Shown: positions 1-10,536 of the stretch, piece after piece
Layout of the letters: every line of letters starts with the position of its first letter
Position numbering within the stretch: position 1 is the first letter of the stretch
Assembly: GCA_963662615.2 (NCBI GenBank)
Contig: CAXXSR010000001.1
Span: forward strand, 128,001 to 192,000
Direction of reading: 5' to 3'
Length of the DNA stretch: 64,000 nt
From: Dehalococcoidia bacterium
GTDB taxonomy: Bacteria > Chloroflexota > Dehalococcoidia > Bin125
Translations under genes and position numbers: made by a program
The notes under the pieces: generated by a model
What the model saw: the letters and a program-made list of their open reading frames with translations, nothing else
What the model was told of the DNA's origin: nothing
The model's database searches: none

Positions 1-237
1 CAGGCCCGCATGCTGGATCTGCAGCAAGGGCCGCCTCCCGCCAACGATCAGGCCGGCGCCAATGGCCACCGCCTCGTTCTCGTTGGTGGCACGGATGAGG
101 CGGATATCGGGAGCGTCTTCCAGCAGGGCGATCAGCGTCCGCTGGTGGGTGTCGGGGACGATAATCACGTCCTGGACGCCGGCCTCCCGCAAGGACTCCA
201 GCATCGTGTCGGCTGGGATCGCTTCGGCGACGGCCAT
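1..237 (-). CDS. TPP-enzyme N-terminal domain protein, sulfopyruvate decarboxylase alpha (ComD)-like; runs off the window edge
   Basis: Manual translation MAVAEAIPADTMLESLREAGVQDVIIVPDT...ATNENEAVAIGAGLIVGGRRPLLQIQHAGL; GGAGG RBS upstream; not in the ORF track because it is truncated. Confidence 0.75.
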   Translation of the reverse strand, partial: MAVAEAIPADTMLESLREAGVQDVIIVPDTHQRTLIALLEDAPDIRLIRATNENEAVAIGAGLIVGGRRPLLQIQHAGL

Positions 238-404
238 GACCGCAGCCCCTCCCCGGAGTAGCGGGAATCGACGAACCGGAGGTAGGGTAGTGTGCTTTTC
301 GGCGAGACGCCAGAGCGCGGAGCGGCCGGCCGCCCGTGACGACGGACGCCTGCGACGACGTTGGTGCTTTGCCCGGCCGCCGCGAACGACGAACACGTCC
401 GGCC

Positions 405-673
405 GTTGGCCAGACGGTGGTGCACCGCGACCGCGGGACCCCGTACACGGCGTGGGCGTTCGGCCAGCGCCTGCGGGCGGCGGGCCTGCTCGGTTCGATG
501 GGCCGAGTTCGCCTCGGCGATCTTTGAGTGGAACGAGGCCTGGTATCACCCGCGTCGTCGGCACACCGCCATCGACGATCACAGCCGCGTCGAATACGAA
601 CGCCTTCACGAAGCCGCGGAGGATGCGGCATGTTCACCACACCCGAGCAGTGCGGAAAACCGGGGCAGGCTCA
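405..673 (+). mobile_element. IS3-family transposase remnant (integrase-core 3' part, internally deleted) with right terminal repeat
   Basis: VVHRDRGTPYTAWAFGQRLRAAGLLGSMGRV then AIFEWNEAWYHPRRRHTAIDDHSRVEYE, typical of the IS3 OrfB C-terminus; ends ...GGAAAACCGGGGCAGGCTCA. Confidence 0.75.
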
Positions 674-704
674 ATGTGGAACAGTCCTGTCCGACACAGA
701 GATC
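667..704. repeat. 38-bp palindrome family, copy 1
   Basis: AGGCTCAATGTGGAACAG-TC-CTGTCCGACACAGAGATC. Confidence 0.8.
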
Positions 705-744
705 ACTTCAGGGCTGGAGGATCGCTGCGGCTGGGCCCGCGCCG

Positions 745-1308
745 TGGGGAGGCGCGGGTGGGACGGGCTGGCAGGAAGCGGAGTTCGAGTCGTTGGGGAC
801 GCCGTTCCGGCAGCGGCCGTCGCGGATGGAGGAGGCGGTGGCGGTGTTGCGGGCGTGTTGGTCGGAGGAGCCGGTGCGCTTCGAGGGTCGGTACACGACG
901 GTGCGGGAGATGAGCATGTTGCCGAAGCCGGTCACGCCGGGGGGGCCGCCGATCCTCTTTGGCGGGGCCGTGCCGGCGGCGGAGGAGCGGGCGGCGCGGC
1001 TGGGGGACGGCTGGATTGGGCTGAGGCGCGTCAGCCCCGAGGGGGCGAGGGAGTCGATGGGGCGGCTTCGCTCACACCTCGCCAAGAACGGCCGCGACGG
1101 TGACGCGTTTCCGATCCAGTGGACGACGCCGTTGCGGGAGGACGTGGGAGAGCTGATCGCGACGTTCGTGGGCTATCGGGAGGCGGGGGCGAGCCGGCTG
1201 GGGGTGTCGATGCCGAGCAACGACCCCGGGGCTAAGCTGGCGGTGGACGAATATTTGCGGCAGTTGGAGGTCGTGTTTCGGGAGGTGTGGCCGGCGGTGC
1301 GGGGGTGA
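745..1308 (+). pseudogene. 5'-truncated LLM-class (luciferase-like) flavin/F420 oxidoreductase
   Basis: GTGWQEAEFESLG...RMEEAVAVLRACWSEEPVRFEGRY...PKPVTPGGPPILFGG...RAARLGDGW; N-terminal third missing. Confidence 0.75.
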
Positions 1309-1421
1309 GGGGGGAAGCGCCGGCGAGCCGGCGGCGCGGCGTGCACCCTCCTTCTTAATACGGTCACTTCCGTTTGCGGGTGGGTTTCGCCCGCCGTGTG
1401 TGCGGTATGAAGCGGCGTCTC

Positions 1422-1459
1422 GGACTCGATGTCGAACGGTCCTGTGCGAGATGGAGTTC
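1422..1459. repeat. 38-bp palindrome family, copy 2
   Basis: GGACTCGATGTCGAACGG-TC-CTGTGCGAGATGGAGTTC. Confidence 0.75.
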
Positions 1460-1540
1460 GCCGCTGGATCGCGCACTCGCGCACAACCAGAGCACCAGCA
1501 CTGACTTCTACGTCGCCGGGAGGCCGATCCGCCGTTGTGG

Positions 1541-1850
1541 TTACGAAACTGCGATCGCCTTCGAGACTTCCAGGTCCGGGGCGACCTCCGGGTTCACTTT
1601 GAGACCGCCGCAGGCCTTCGCCAGCTGGGGGACGCAGTCAGCGGCGAATATCCGCATCTGCTCCTCGGTCTCCTGACCACTGAATCCGCCCATCTCGTCG
1701 GCCAGGATGCCCTGGCGGATCTGGTCCACCAGCCCCCGCTGGAAGCTCTCGTGCGTCTCGGCCAACGTGCCCGAGTTCACGCGGATCCCTTCCGCGGCGA
1801 CGCTGGGCAGGTCCGTCGGCCCGGTCTGGAAGATCGCGAGTTCAAGCATC
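1541..1850 (-). pseudogene. Chimeric gene fragment ending in an LLM-like C-terminal tail
   Basis: GGFSGQETEEQMRIFAADCVPQL resembles the last helix of luciferase-like monooxygenases; no full gene present. Confidence 0.4.
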
Positions 1851-2094
1851 CGTCCCTTTTTCGCCAGTCTGATGCGGACCGCGCCGAGCGCTGCGCGTGT
1901 GGCCTGCCCGCACTGCCCGGTCCCCTGCAGATACCCGACCGAAGCTCGCTCGGCTTCGCGGCTAGTTCCGCACCCGTGCCCCGGTCTGATCGCAGCGCCG
2001 AAAAACCGACCTCTTGTGTAGCCGATCAGGGGGCGCTTGTCTATCCGGGCGCGCCGCCGTACGCCCCTGCCCTGCCCCCGGACAGCGTTCAACC

Positions 2095-2132
2095 CGACTC
2101 GATGTCGAACAGAGCTGTCCGACATAGGATCG
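2095..2132. repeat. 38-bp palindrome family, copy 3
   Basis: CGACTCGATGTCGAACAG-AG-CTGTCCGACATAGGATCG. Confidence 0.85.
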
Positions 2133-2248
2133 GACACGGTGTTGGGCGGCGGGCTCCTGGAAGCGAAGCCCTTGTCTCCACATTAGAGGAGGGCGTCAGG
2201 TGCAACGTGCCACGGTGCCGGCCCGGACGCGGTACACTGCGCTGCGGC

Positions 2249-4585
2249 ATGACAGCGGGCCGGGTGCAGGCGACGGCGGCGCACTTCCCTCGAACTGAGG
2301 TGAAACTCGACGGCGAGATCGCCGTCGGCGGGCTGCGCGACGCCGCCGTCATCCGGCGCGATGAGCTCGGCGTGCCTCACATCGAGGCGTCGAGCGAACA
2401 CGACGCCTGGTTCGGGCAGGGCTTCGCGGCGGCGCAGGATCGGCTCTGGCAGATGGAGTACGACCGCCGCCGTGCTGTCGGGCGCTGGGCGGCCGTCGTG
2501 GGGGAAGAGGCATTGGCGGCAGACGTCCTGGCGCGCCGTCTGCAGCTGCGGGCGGCAGCCGAGGCCGACGTCGCCGCGATGTCGCCACCGACCCGTGGCA
2601 TGTTCCAGGCCTATGCCGCCGGGGTGAACGCGTTCCTCGCCACCCAACCGCTGCCGCCCGAGTACGCGCTCGCGGGCGTGACCCCGGAGCGTTGGGAGCC
2701 CTGGCACTCCGTCGTGACGTTCAAGATCCGTCACGTCCTCATGGGGCCGTGGCAGCTCAAGCTGGCGCACGCCGCGTTGTTGGCCCGCATTGGGCCCGAG
2801 CGATACGCCCGCGTCGAATCGCAGCAGCCGCTTGGGTCCAACGCGGTGCTGCCGCCGGGCGGGGCCATCGCGGAACTTTTCCAGCACGCGGCGGCGGACA
2901 TCGAGGCGGCGTCCAAATCCCTCGGCTTCCTGGCGGACGCGCAGGGCGGCTCCAACTCGTGGGCGGTCCACGGCAGCCGGACGGTCAGCGGCCGCCCGGT
3001 CCTGTGCAACGACTCGCACCGCCAACTTGAAGCGCCGAACGTCTATTGGCAGGTGCACGTGCGCTGCCCCGACTTCGATGTAATCGGAGCGACCTTCCCG
3101 GGCCTCCCGGCGTTTCCGCATTTCGGGCACAACGGCCGGGTGGCCTGGTGCATCACGCACGCGATGGCCGACAACCAGGACCTCTACATCGAGCAGTTCG
3201 ATCGCGAGCGGCCCGAACGCTACCGCACACCCAACGGCTGGGCCGTTGCGGAGCGGAGCGCCGAGACGATCGACGTAGCGGACGGCCGGCCGGCGAACGT
3301 GGAGCTGTGGCGCACGCCTCACGGGCCGATCGTGCACGGCGATCCCCGTCGTGGCCATGCCTTGGCCTTGCGGTACACCGCGACGGAGGCGCCTTGCCGC
3401 GGTTTCGAGGTGCTGCGCCCGATGCTGGGCGCCCGCACCGTCCCGGAGCTCTTCGAGACCCAACGCCAATGGGTGGACCCGGTGAATAACCTGCTCGCGG
3501 CCGACACGGCGGGGAACATCGGCTACGTGACCCGGGGGCGGATCCCGCTGCGTTCGTCGCCCGCGGGCCGGCGCTTCCCCGTTCCCGGCTGGACGGGCGA
3601 GCACAGGTGGACCGGTGACTTGGGCGAGGAGCAGCGGCCGCGCGCGATCAATCCGCCCGCGGGATTCATCGTCACGGCCAACCAGCAGATCCTCGAGCGC
3701 GATGAGCCCTACATCTCACATGACTTCGCGACGCCGGCGCGCGCCGAGCGGATCGTCGAGCGGCTCCAGGGATCGGAGCGGATGACGCCGGAGGCGATCG
3801 TCGCGGTGCAGGGGGATACCATGTCGCTGCCGGCGCGCTGGTGGGCCACGGCCTTGCAGCGGTTCGGGCCCTACGCCGGCGAGGCCGAGCGCGCGCGGAC
3901 CATGTTGGCCGCTTGGGACGGCGACCTGCGACCGGAGAGCGGCCCGGCGCTCCTCTATGCCTGCTTCCGCCGTGCTCTGGTGACCGAGGCGTTCGGGCCG
4001 ATCCTGGGAGAGGCAACGCTGGCCTGGGCGCTGTTGGCTGCGCTCCCGTCCACCGCCCGGATCCTGGACTCCTGGCTCTACAACGTCGCGCGGGACGTTG
4101 GGCAGGGCGGCGTGACGGCGCCGGACGGCCGCTCGTGGGAGGACACTCTCCCCGTCGTGCTGGCGCTGGCCTGCCGCACGGCCGTCGACGAGGGCGGCGC
4201 GGACCCAGAAGCGTGGCGTTGGGACCGCGTGCACGCGACGCGCGCGCGGCACACCCTGGCCGATCGGCTGCCGCAGTTCGACGATGTCCTCAACCCGCCG
4301 CGGGCGGCGCTGGGCGGCAACGGCGAGACGGTGCAGCAGGCCGGCCATAGTTCCACAAGCTTCGACGTGGACCTCGTCTCTGTGTACCGGCAGGCGGCGG
4401 ATCTGGCTGACCTCTCGCATGCGCGCTGGATCGTGCCGGGTGGGGCGAGCGGCGTGCCTGGGTCCGCGCACTACAGCGACCAGTTGGAGCGCTGGCGCCT
4501 GCACCAGCTCGCCCCCATGCACTATGAAGCGGCCGAGGTGAGGACGGCGGCGCTTCACTCGTTGCGCTTGGCGCCTTCTCCCTAG
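2249..4585 (+). CDS. Penicillin acylase family (Ntn-hydrolase) protein
   Basis: IRRDELGVPHI, GFAAAQDRLWQME, catalytic GSNSW, NDSH, PGGASGVPGSAHYSDQ; start placed at ATG 2249 because the upstream extension crosses a palindrome. Confidence 0.9.
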   Translation: MTAGRVQATAAHFPRTEVKLDGEIAVGGLRDAAVIRRDELGVPHIEASSEHDAWFGQGFAAAQDRLWQMEYDRRRAVGRWAAVVGEEALAADVLARRLQLRAAAEADVAAMSPPTRGMFQAYAAGVNAFLATQPLPPEYALAGVTPERWEPWHSVVTFKIRHVLMGPWQLKLAHAALLARIGPERYARVESQQPLGSNAVLPPGGAIAELFQHAAADIEAASKSLGFLADAQGGSNSWAVHGSRTVSGRPVLCNDSHRQLEAPNVYWQVHVRCPDFDVIGATFPGLPAFPHFGHNGRVAWCITHAMADNQDLYIEQFDRERPERYRTPNGWAVAERSAETIDVADGRPANVELWRTPHGPIVHGDPRRGHALALRYTATEAPCRGFEVLRPMLGARTVPELFETQRQWVDPVNNLLAADTAGNIGYVTRGRIPLRSSPAGRRFPVPGWTGEHRWTGDLGEEQRPRAINPPAGFIVTANQQILERDEPYISHDFATPARAERIVERLQGSERMTPEAIVAVQGDTMSLPARWWATALQRFGPYAGEAERARTMLAAWDGDLRPESGPALLYACFRRALVTEAFGPILGEATLAWALLAALPSTARILDSWLYNVARDVGQGGVTAPDGRSWEDTLPVVLALACRTAVDEGGADPEAWRWDRVHATRARHTLADRLPQFDDVLNPPRAALGGNGETVQQAGHSSTSFDVDLVSVYRQAADLADLSHARWIVPGGASGVPGSAHYSDQLERWRLHQLAPMHYEAAEVRTAALHSLRLAPSP

Positions 4586-4643
4586 CACGCTCGGCCTAGC
4601 GGCCGCGCACAGCAGGCGCTCATTCCGGCGAGGGGGAACGCGA

Positions 4644-5489
4644 TTACGTCGGGGCTGCGCGGGAAGAGCGGCCCTCCGCTTCGCGATCCGGTTCGCCATC
4701 GCTTTCGCCTTCGCTGGGGCCCTGCGCGTAGGCGCGGGCGACGTCGATGGCGCGCTCAAAGCGGACTTGGGGCTGGGAGCGGATATGGCGGATCAGCTGT
4801 TCCAGCATTTGCAGCCGGCCGGGCCGCCCGATCACGTGCGGATGCATCGTCAGCACGAACGGATCGCCCCGCGCGGCCAGTTCGTCGAAGGCGGCCGCCC
4901 AGACGTCGTAGACATGTTGGGGCGTTGCCATGAGGCGACTGCGGTCGGCGGCGCTAAAGGTGAAGTACGGGTAGTCGTCCAGGCTCCAGTGGACGGGGAT
5001 TTCAACCAGACGGCGCTCGGGCGGTCCCACCCAGTAGGGTCGGTCCGCGCCCATCAGGCTGGAGTCGTAGACGAAGCCGCGCGCGGCCAGCAGGTCGAGT
5101 GAATGGGGACTCAGCTCCCAGCTGGGAGAGCGGTAGCCCATTGGCGGCTCCCCGCTGAGCCGCTCGAGGACGGCGGTCGCCCGATCGAGCACCTCCGCTT
5201 CCTGCTCCGGGGTGAGGGAGGCGGGCGGTTCGTGCAGGTAGCCGTGGTGGCCCACCTCGTGGCCGTCGCGGAGGATGTGCTCCACGAGGGCGGCATGGCG
5301 CTCGGCGATCCAGCCCGGGATGAAAAAGGACGCGCGGATCTCGTACTTGCGCAGCAGCGCGAGAATGCGCGGGGCCGCCACGGCGGGCCCGTACTCACCG
5401 ATGGAGAAGGTCGAGGGCAAGCGCTCCACCTCAGGGTTGCGATTGATCAGGCCGGTCGGGCCATCCACATCGAAGCTCAGCAGGGCCAC
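4644..5489 (-). CDS. Polysaccharide deacetylase (NodB/CE4, PgdA/PuuE-like)
   Basis: SFDVD, SFFIPG, HEVGHHGYLH, GYRSP, YDSS, LTMHP motifs; N-terminus may be slightly short. Confidence 0.85.
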   Translation of the reverse strand: MALLSFDVDGPTGLINRNPEVERLPSTFSIGEYGPAVAAPRILALLRKYEIRASFFIPGWIAERHAALVEHILRDGHEVGHHGYLHEPPASLTPEQEAEVLDRATAVLERLSGEPPMGYRSPSWELSPHSLDLLAARGFVYDSSLMGADRPYWVGPPERRLVEIPVHWSLDDYPYFTFSAADRSRLMATPQHVYDVWAAAFDELAARGDPFVLTMHPHVIGRPGRLQMLEQLIRHIRSQPQVRFERAIDVARAYAQGPSEGESDGEPDREAEGRSSRAAPT

Positions 5490-6080
5490 ACTCGCCCGCG
5501 CAGGCGGAGAGGAGCCCCGCTCCTCGAGGGCCGCGCCGCAGGCGCTGCAATAGTTCGCCTGGGCGACATCCTCGCGTCCACACGACGGGCAAACCGTTAC
5601 GATCGCCTCGTTCCATCGCCGAGCGTTCCCTCGCAGAGCCGGCTGCAGTCTACTCGTCTGCCGCCCCCTCGGGCGCCGCAGTCGGAGGGCGTGATCTCTC
5701 GCAGCGGCCCCGGGCGCTGAAGGGCCCAGGCGCTGAACGGCTAGAAGGGCGAGGGTCCGTTCTCAGCAGCCAAGCGCTGGAAGACCAGCGGGCATCACAC
5801 AGACCTGCCCGCCGTCCACGGCCGTGACAATCTGGAGCGCGTCCGTGGAATGCGCTCTTGGTCCGAGTCACCCGCACGACCGACCGGCCGTTGCCGGCGC
5901 TCTCCGGCGCCGCATCCCGGAGCTTGAAAGCCGCCCGGCGCCCGCCACGAGGACGCGCGCCGGACGGCCTGTTGATGCTGCTGGTGGGCAGCCGAAGGGG
6001 ATCGTCTAGTCCTCAACCTCCTCCTTCGTCACCCCACGGGGGGGTTCACAGCCGCACCCCTCCGCCGCCAATCCGGGGCC

Positions 6081-7574
6081 TCAATCCAGTACGATCGCTC
6101 CCGTCTCGTCGTACCGCACGCCCAGCGCGTCGGGCCCGAACTCCTCGTCGCTGAAGTGCGAGCAGGTGATCTCGCCACCTCCGACCAGGCAGGTGTCGTA
6201 GCCGTGCGCGGAGCGGTGGTACTCGTCGAAGCTGAGCGGTCCCAGCACGCCGAGGTACTCCACCTTTTCCAGCTCGTCGGCGATCGCGGTGGTGTCATCT
6301 ATCGTGCCCGCCGCCTGCATCGACTTGACCAGCATGAAGACGTAATCGTGTGTCCACAGCGTGGCGTCCATGACGACGGGGAACGGGTCACAAATGGGGC
6401 TGCCACACTCCAGCTCGTTCACGGCTTCGTAGTAATCCGCCGCCCGCGCCGGGTCGTAACCGCCCGGCACGGCCCGGCAGACGTTGAGGCAGGCGAGCGC
6501 GACCGGCACGTCGTAGTCAAGGCTGGCGTTCTCGATCCACCAGCCGGGGTCCGCGCCGAAGACCATGTAGCCCTTCTTCGCCACCTGCAGCTCGAGCGCC
6601 TGTGCGGCGATCAGGACCGAGTCTACCGCGCGGTACCAGTTGTGCATGACGTCAGGATTTTGAGCCTTGATCCGCGTCAGGAAGGGCGAGAAGTCGGTAA
6701 CCCCCACCGGGTAGTAGACCACATCCCTGGTCTCCTGCCCCAAGGCCTCGAGGACGTCGTTGTAGAACTCGCCCAGGAACTTCCCGGAGGGGTCGTCGGT
6801 GGCCAGGATCATGGAGAGGTCGCCCGGCTCCGCGCCCAGCAGGTCCAAGACGCCCACGGCCGTGATGGTGCTGCGGACGGCCTCGGCCGGCTCCGTCTGG
6901 AAGAGCCAGTGCTTGTCGCCGCCGGAGCGCGCCGTCTCCGGCGTCAGGACCCCATCCGGCGAGCTGAGGATGCTCAGCGCCATCAGGTGCAGCACCTCCG
7001 CCTGCTGAGTGATCTCCTGCGCCGCCAGCCCCGGGCCGTGCGGCGACGGCCCGAAGATCACCTTCACCCCTTCGTCCCGGACCAGCTCGGCCGTGGCGAT
7101 GACGGCCGCGTTGATGTCGGAACGGGTGTCGCGCTCCACCAGCTCAATGGTGTAGAGGGTGTCGCCGACGACGAATCCGCCGCCGGGCTCACAGATCCCC
7201 GCCGCCACGCAGCGGGCATCGCCCTCGTTGATCATCGCAGTCGCCACTCTGATCCCGTTACTCAAGGTCTCCCCGGCCCAGGCAAAGTCACCGGTCATCG
7301 GGTGCGCCGAGCCGATCCGAAGCGTGCCCGTCTTCAGGACCACCGGCTCCGGCTCGGCGGCCGGCGCGGGCTCCACCTGGGCGGCCGGCGCGGGCTCTGG
7401 TGCAGCAGCCGGGGCCGGCGCGGGCTCCGGCTCCGCGGCCGGCGCCGCCGCCGCCGCGGGCTGGGCTTCGTCGTCGTCATCGCCGCAGGCCGCGGCCAGC
7501 GCCAGGGCCAAGGCGATGAGCGCGAGGAGTGCGAAGGCCGATAGCCCCCTCACTCGCCAAAGACGCCGCTTCAT
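6081..7574 (-). CDS. Branched-chain amino acid ABC substrate-binding lipoprotein (LivJ/K-like)
   Basis: AGAAGGAGG RBS; lipobox LAAAC-GDDDD; Pro/Ala linker; IGSAHPMTGDFA; DFSPFLTRIKAQNPD. Confidence 0.85.
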   Translation of the reverse strand: MKRRLWRVRGLSAFALLALIALALALAAACGDDDDEAQPAAAAAPAAEPEPAPAPAAAPEPAPAAQVEPAPAAEPEPVVLKTGTLRIGSAHPMTGDFAWAGETLSNGIRVATAMINEGDARCVAAGICEPGGGFVVGDTLYTIELVERDTRSDINAAVIATAELVRDEGVKVIFGPSPHGPGLAAQEITQQAEVLHLMALSILSSPDGVLTPETARSGGDKHWLFQTEPAEAVRSTITAVGVLDLLGAEPGDLSMILATDDPSGKFLGEFYNDVLEALGQETRDVVYYPVGVTDFSPFLTRIKAQNPDVMHNWYRAVDSVLIAAQALELQVAKKGYMVFGADPGWWIENASLDYDVPVALACLNVCRAVPGGYDPARAADYYEAVNELECGSPICDPFPVVMDATLWTHDYVFMLVKSMQAAGTIDDTTAIADELEKVEYLGVLGPLSFDEYHRSAHGYDTCLVGGGEITCSHFSDEEFGPDALGVRYDETGAIVLD

Positions 7575-7844
7575 GATCTGCCTCCTTCTCTGTTCCTCGT
7601 TGTCTGTCACCATTTGGCTACGCGTCATCCGTCCCGCGCAGCCTTCGTCTCTTCGCCCTCCTCGTTGATGCAGTTCTTGGCTGCCCTCCCTCCGCCCCAG
7701 CAGGGGCCGGACCTCGCTGAATCCTTGGCCTCGTTCTTTCGCGCGGTCGTGATCTCTAAGCAGACTACGCCGCTAGGCGCAATCCCAGCGAACGTGTTCT
7801 GGTTAACACAAAGCGGTCCACTTGGCAACCCGGCCGCCTTGAAT

Positions 7845-7884
7845 CGAACTCTATGTCGGACAGACCTGTCCGACATAGAATCCG
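7845..7884. repeat. 38-40 bp palindrome family, copy 4 (closest to consensus)
   Basis: CGAACTCTATGTCGGACAG-AC-CTGTCCGACATAGAATCCG. Confidence 0.9.
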
Positions 7885-7945
7885 AGACGCCGTCGCCGAA
7901 CCTGGCCTGCGCGCAAGCATCCGCACGCGATCGAATATTCGTGTT

Positions 7946-7967
7946 GCACGGGTTTTGGCACCCTACA
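7946..7967. mobile_element. Orphan IS-type terminal repeat
   Basis: Reverse complement TGTAGGGTGCCAAAACCCGTG; similar to 14369-14385. Confidence 0.5.
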
Positions 7968-8134
7968 GGAGCTGCCGGCGGCGATGGAGGGGCACGTCGT
8001 CGCGGAGGCCGAACGGAGCGGGCTCTCGGCGCGGCGTTGACCTCTGCGCCGAACGCTCTTGCGTCCGGTTGCGGCTTCCCGCACGTCATGAGCTTGATGC
8101 GGAACTGCGCTTCGCAATCCGTCCCTCTCCCGCC

Positions 8135-8959
8135 TCAAGCCGGCGCGGATCCGCCGGGTGGGCGGGCATCAATGCCCAACGCCTCATATGAATCAGCTCC
8201 GGCGTCGTACTTGGCCTGGGCATCGCGCATGAGCTGCAGCGCCTCCTGGCGCTTGGCGATGGGGATGAAGATCGTTCCCTCATTGCGGACGGCTTGCTCC
8301 AGGGGGAGATCGGCGCCTTCCTGGACGCTCTTTTTGCATCCTTCCAGAGCCCAGAGCGGCCGCCGGGCGAGCCGCGCCGCCCAGGCGATGGCTTCCTCGC
8401 GGAGGCGGTCGTCCGGCACGACGCGGTTGATGGCGCCAATGCGCAGCGCCTCCTGGGCCGAGATCGGGTTGCCCTCCAGGATCAGCTCCAAGCACTTGGT
8501 CTCGCCCACGATCCGCGCGAGGCGGGTGGTGCCGCCAGCGCCCGGGATGATCCCCACGAGCGACTCCGGCTGCCCGTAAGTCGCCGACTCCGCGGCGATG
8601 CGGAGATTGCAGGCCCATGAGATCTCCGAGCCTCCCCCCCAGGCCTGCCCGTTGTTGGCGGCGATGGAAATCATGGGCCCGCTGCGCAGCTCTTGGAGGA
8701 CACGGAACCAGTTGCGCGGATCGCCGGAGGGCGTGCCGCCGCTGAAGGCCGTGATGATGTCCGGGATCCAGGCGTGCGCCATGAAGTATCCGGGCACGTC
8801 GGAGGCGAGGACGACGACGCGGGAGCCGGCCGCCTTCACGGCATGGATCGCCTCACCGATGTCCCCCAAAGATGCCCAGCTGCAGAAGTTCATGGGCGGA
8901 ATGTCGATGAGGACAAGGCCCACGCCGTCAGCGGGGTAGGAAACGTGCGCGTCGGGCAT
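8135..8959 (-). CDS. Enoyl-CoA hydratase/isomerase family protein
   Basis: NGQAWGGGSEISWACNLRIA, GQPESLVGIIPGAGGTTRL, ISAQEALRIG. Confidence 0.9.
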   Translation of the reverse strand: MPDAHVSYPADGVGLVLIDIPPMNFCSWASLGDIGEAIHAVKAAGSRVVVLASDVPGYFMAHAWIPDIITAFSGGTPSGDPRNWFRVLQELRSGPMISIAANNGQAWGGGSEISWACNLRIAAESATYGQPESLVGIIPGAGGTTRLARIVGETKCLELILEGNPISAQEALRIGAINRVVPDDRLREEAIAWAARLARRPLWALEGCKKSVQEGADLPLEQAVRNEGTIFIPIAKRQEALQLMRDAQAKYDAGADSYEALGIDARPPGGSAPA

Positions 8960-9271
8960 CGGAACGGCCCCCTTTCATGGACTCGCGCTTCTCCCGAAAC
9001 AGCGTCAACGGTCGCACGGAGTGCGCCCGGCGCTGAGGTGGCAGGCGGGACGCGAGCGCCCGCCGCTGGAGCGGCCCGCAAGCCGCACGCTGCATATCGT
9101 AGGCTGACGGTCGTTGTCAAGGACGTGGCGGCGCTCGCCTGCGGGGCTGCTGCAGCCCGAAGGGTTCACTGTTCTGCGTCTAGCCGGATTCTCACTTAGG
9201 ATCGGAGCCGGCAAGGCCGCAGGAGGGCGGCGCTTGCCCGCGGGTGCGCGGGCGGCAGGGAGGACGGCTCC

Positions 9272-10534
9272 ATGAAGTTCCATTGGTTCGGCTTCATGCC
9301 CTGGCCGCATCTGCCGGAGGATTTTCGCGAGAAGCACCACAGCGTCTGGGTTGACGTGGACTCCACTCTCTACGACCCCGTGAAGGGGCACAAGCTCTAC
9401 AACGACTACCTGGATCTGCTGGAGTTCGCGGCTGACGAGGGCTTCGACGGGCTTGGCGTCAACGAACACCATCAGAACGCGTACGGCTTGATGCCCTCGC
9501 CCCAGATCATGGCGGCCGCGCTGGCGCGTCGCACCCGTGACGTCTCGCTGCTGCTTCTGGGCCAATCCATCGCCCTCTACAACCCGCCCACCCGCGTGGC
9601 GGAGGAGATGGCCATGCTGGACGTCATCTCCGGCGGCCGCCTCATTGCCGGGTTCCCGGTGGGGTCGTCCATGGACGCGAACTACGCGATGGGCGCCAAT
9701 CCCGCGACCTTGCGGGAGAAGTACGCGGAAGCGCACGATCTGGTGGTGAAGTCATGGGCGGAGCCGAAGGTCTTCGCGTGGAACGGCAAGTATTTCAAGT
9801 TGCGCTACGTCAACGTGTGGCCGCGCCCCGTGCAGCGACCGCGCCCACCGATCTGGATCCCTGGCGGCGGCTCCGTTGAGACCTGGGACTTCTGCGCGAA
9901 GCGGGACTACAACTACAGCTTCCTCAGCTACAGCGGCTACTTGCGTGCCCAACAGGTGATGGACGCGTTCTGGCATCGTCTGGAGGAGATGAAGGTTGCT
10001 TTCAACCCCTATCAGGGAGCCTTCGCCCAGCTGATCGCCGTTGCCAACAGCGACGCCGAGGCCGAGGAGCTCTACGCCCCCCACGTCCGCTACTTCTTCG
10101 AGCGCTGCCTCCACATCTGGCCAGGTTTCGTGGACGCGCCCGGCTACCGCTCCGAGGCGACGATCCGCGCGGGCTTGGCAACGGCCTTCGGCGGGCGCCA
10201 ATCTTCGTCGAGCTACGCGCAGAAGTTGAGCTGGCGCGAATTGATCGAAGAGGGGTTCATCATCGGGGGCGGCGTGGACAGCGTGGTGGAGCAGATGGAG
10301 CGCCTCGCCCAGGGGCTCAAAGTGGGCCACGTGGTTTGCCTCATCCAGTTTGGTGACATGCCCGCGGACAAGGCTCGCTACAGCACGGAGCTGTTCGCGC
10401 GCAAGGTGATGCCCCAGATCCAACATCATTGGAGCGACTACGAGGATCACTGGTCACCGCGGCCCCTGCCGGCGGAACAGATGGCCGCGCCGCGCTCCAT
10501 CCGCACGGAAGCGCCGCTCGCTGGAGGCGACTAG
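9272..10534 (+). CDS. LLM-class flavin-dependent monooxygenase
   Basis: GFDGLGVNEHH, PSPQIMAAALA, RVAEEMAMLDVISGGR, WPRPVQRPRPPIW; GGAGG RBS. Confidence 0.92.
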   Translation: MKFHWFGFMPWPHLPEDFREKHHSVWVDVDSTLYDPVKGHKLYNDYLDLLEFAADEGFDGLGVNEHHQNAYGLMPSPQIMAAALARRTRDVSLLLLGQSIALYNPPTRVAEEMAMLDVISGGRLIAGFPVGSSMDANYAMGANPATLREKYAEAHDLVVKSWAEPKVFAWNGKYFKLRYVNVWPRPVQRPRPPIWIPGGGSVETWDFCAKRDYNYSFLSYSGYLRAQQVMDAFWHRLEEMKVAFNPYQGAFAQLIAVANSDAEAEELYAPHVRYFFERCLHIWPGFVDAPGYRSEATIRAGLATAFGGRQSSSSYAQKLSWRELIEEGFIIGGGVDSVVEQMERLAQGLKVGHVVCLIQFGDMPADKARYSTELFARKVMPQIQHHWSDYEDHWSPRPLPAEQMAAPRSIRTEAPLAGGD

Positions 10535-10536
10535 GG

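Noticed and set aside
1535-2248. N-terminal 238 aa of the 1016-aa penicillin acylase ORF
   Set aside because: Crosses a palindrome and antisense gene scraps; family similarity starts after 2249.
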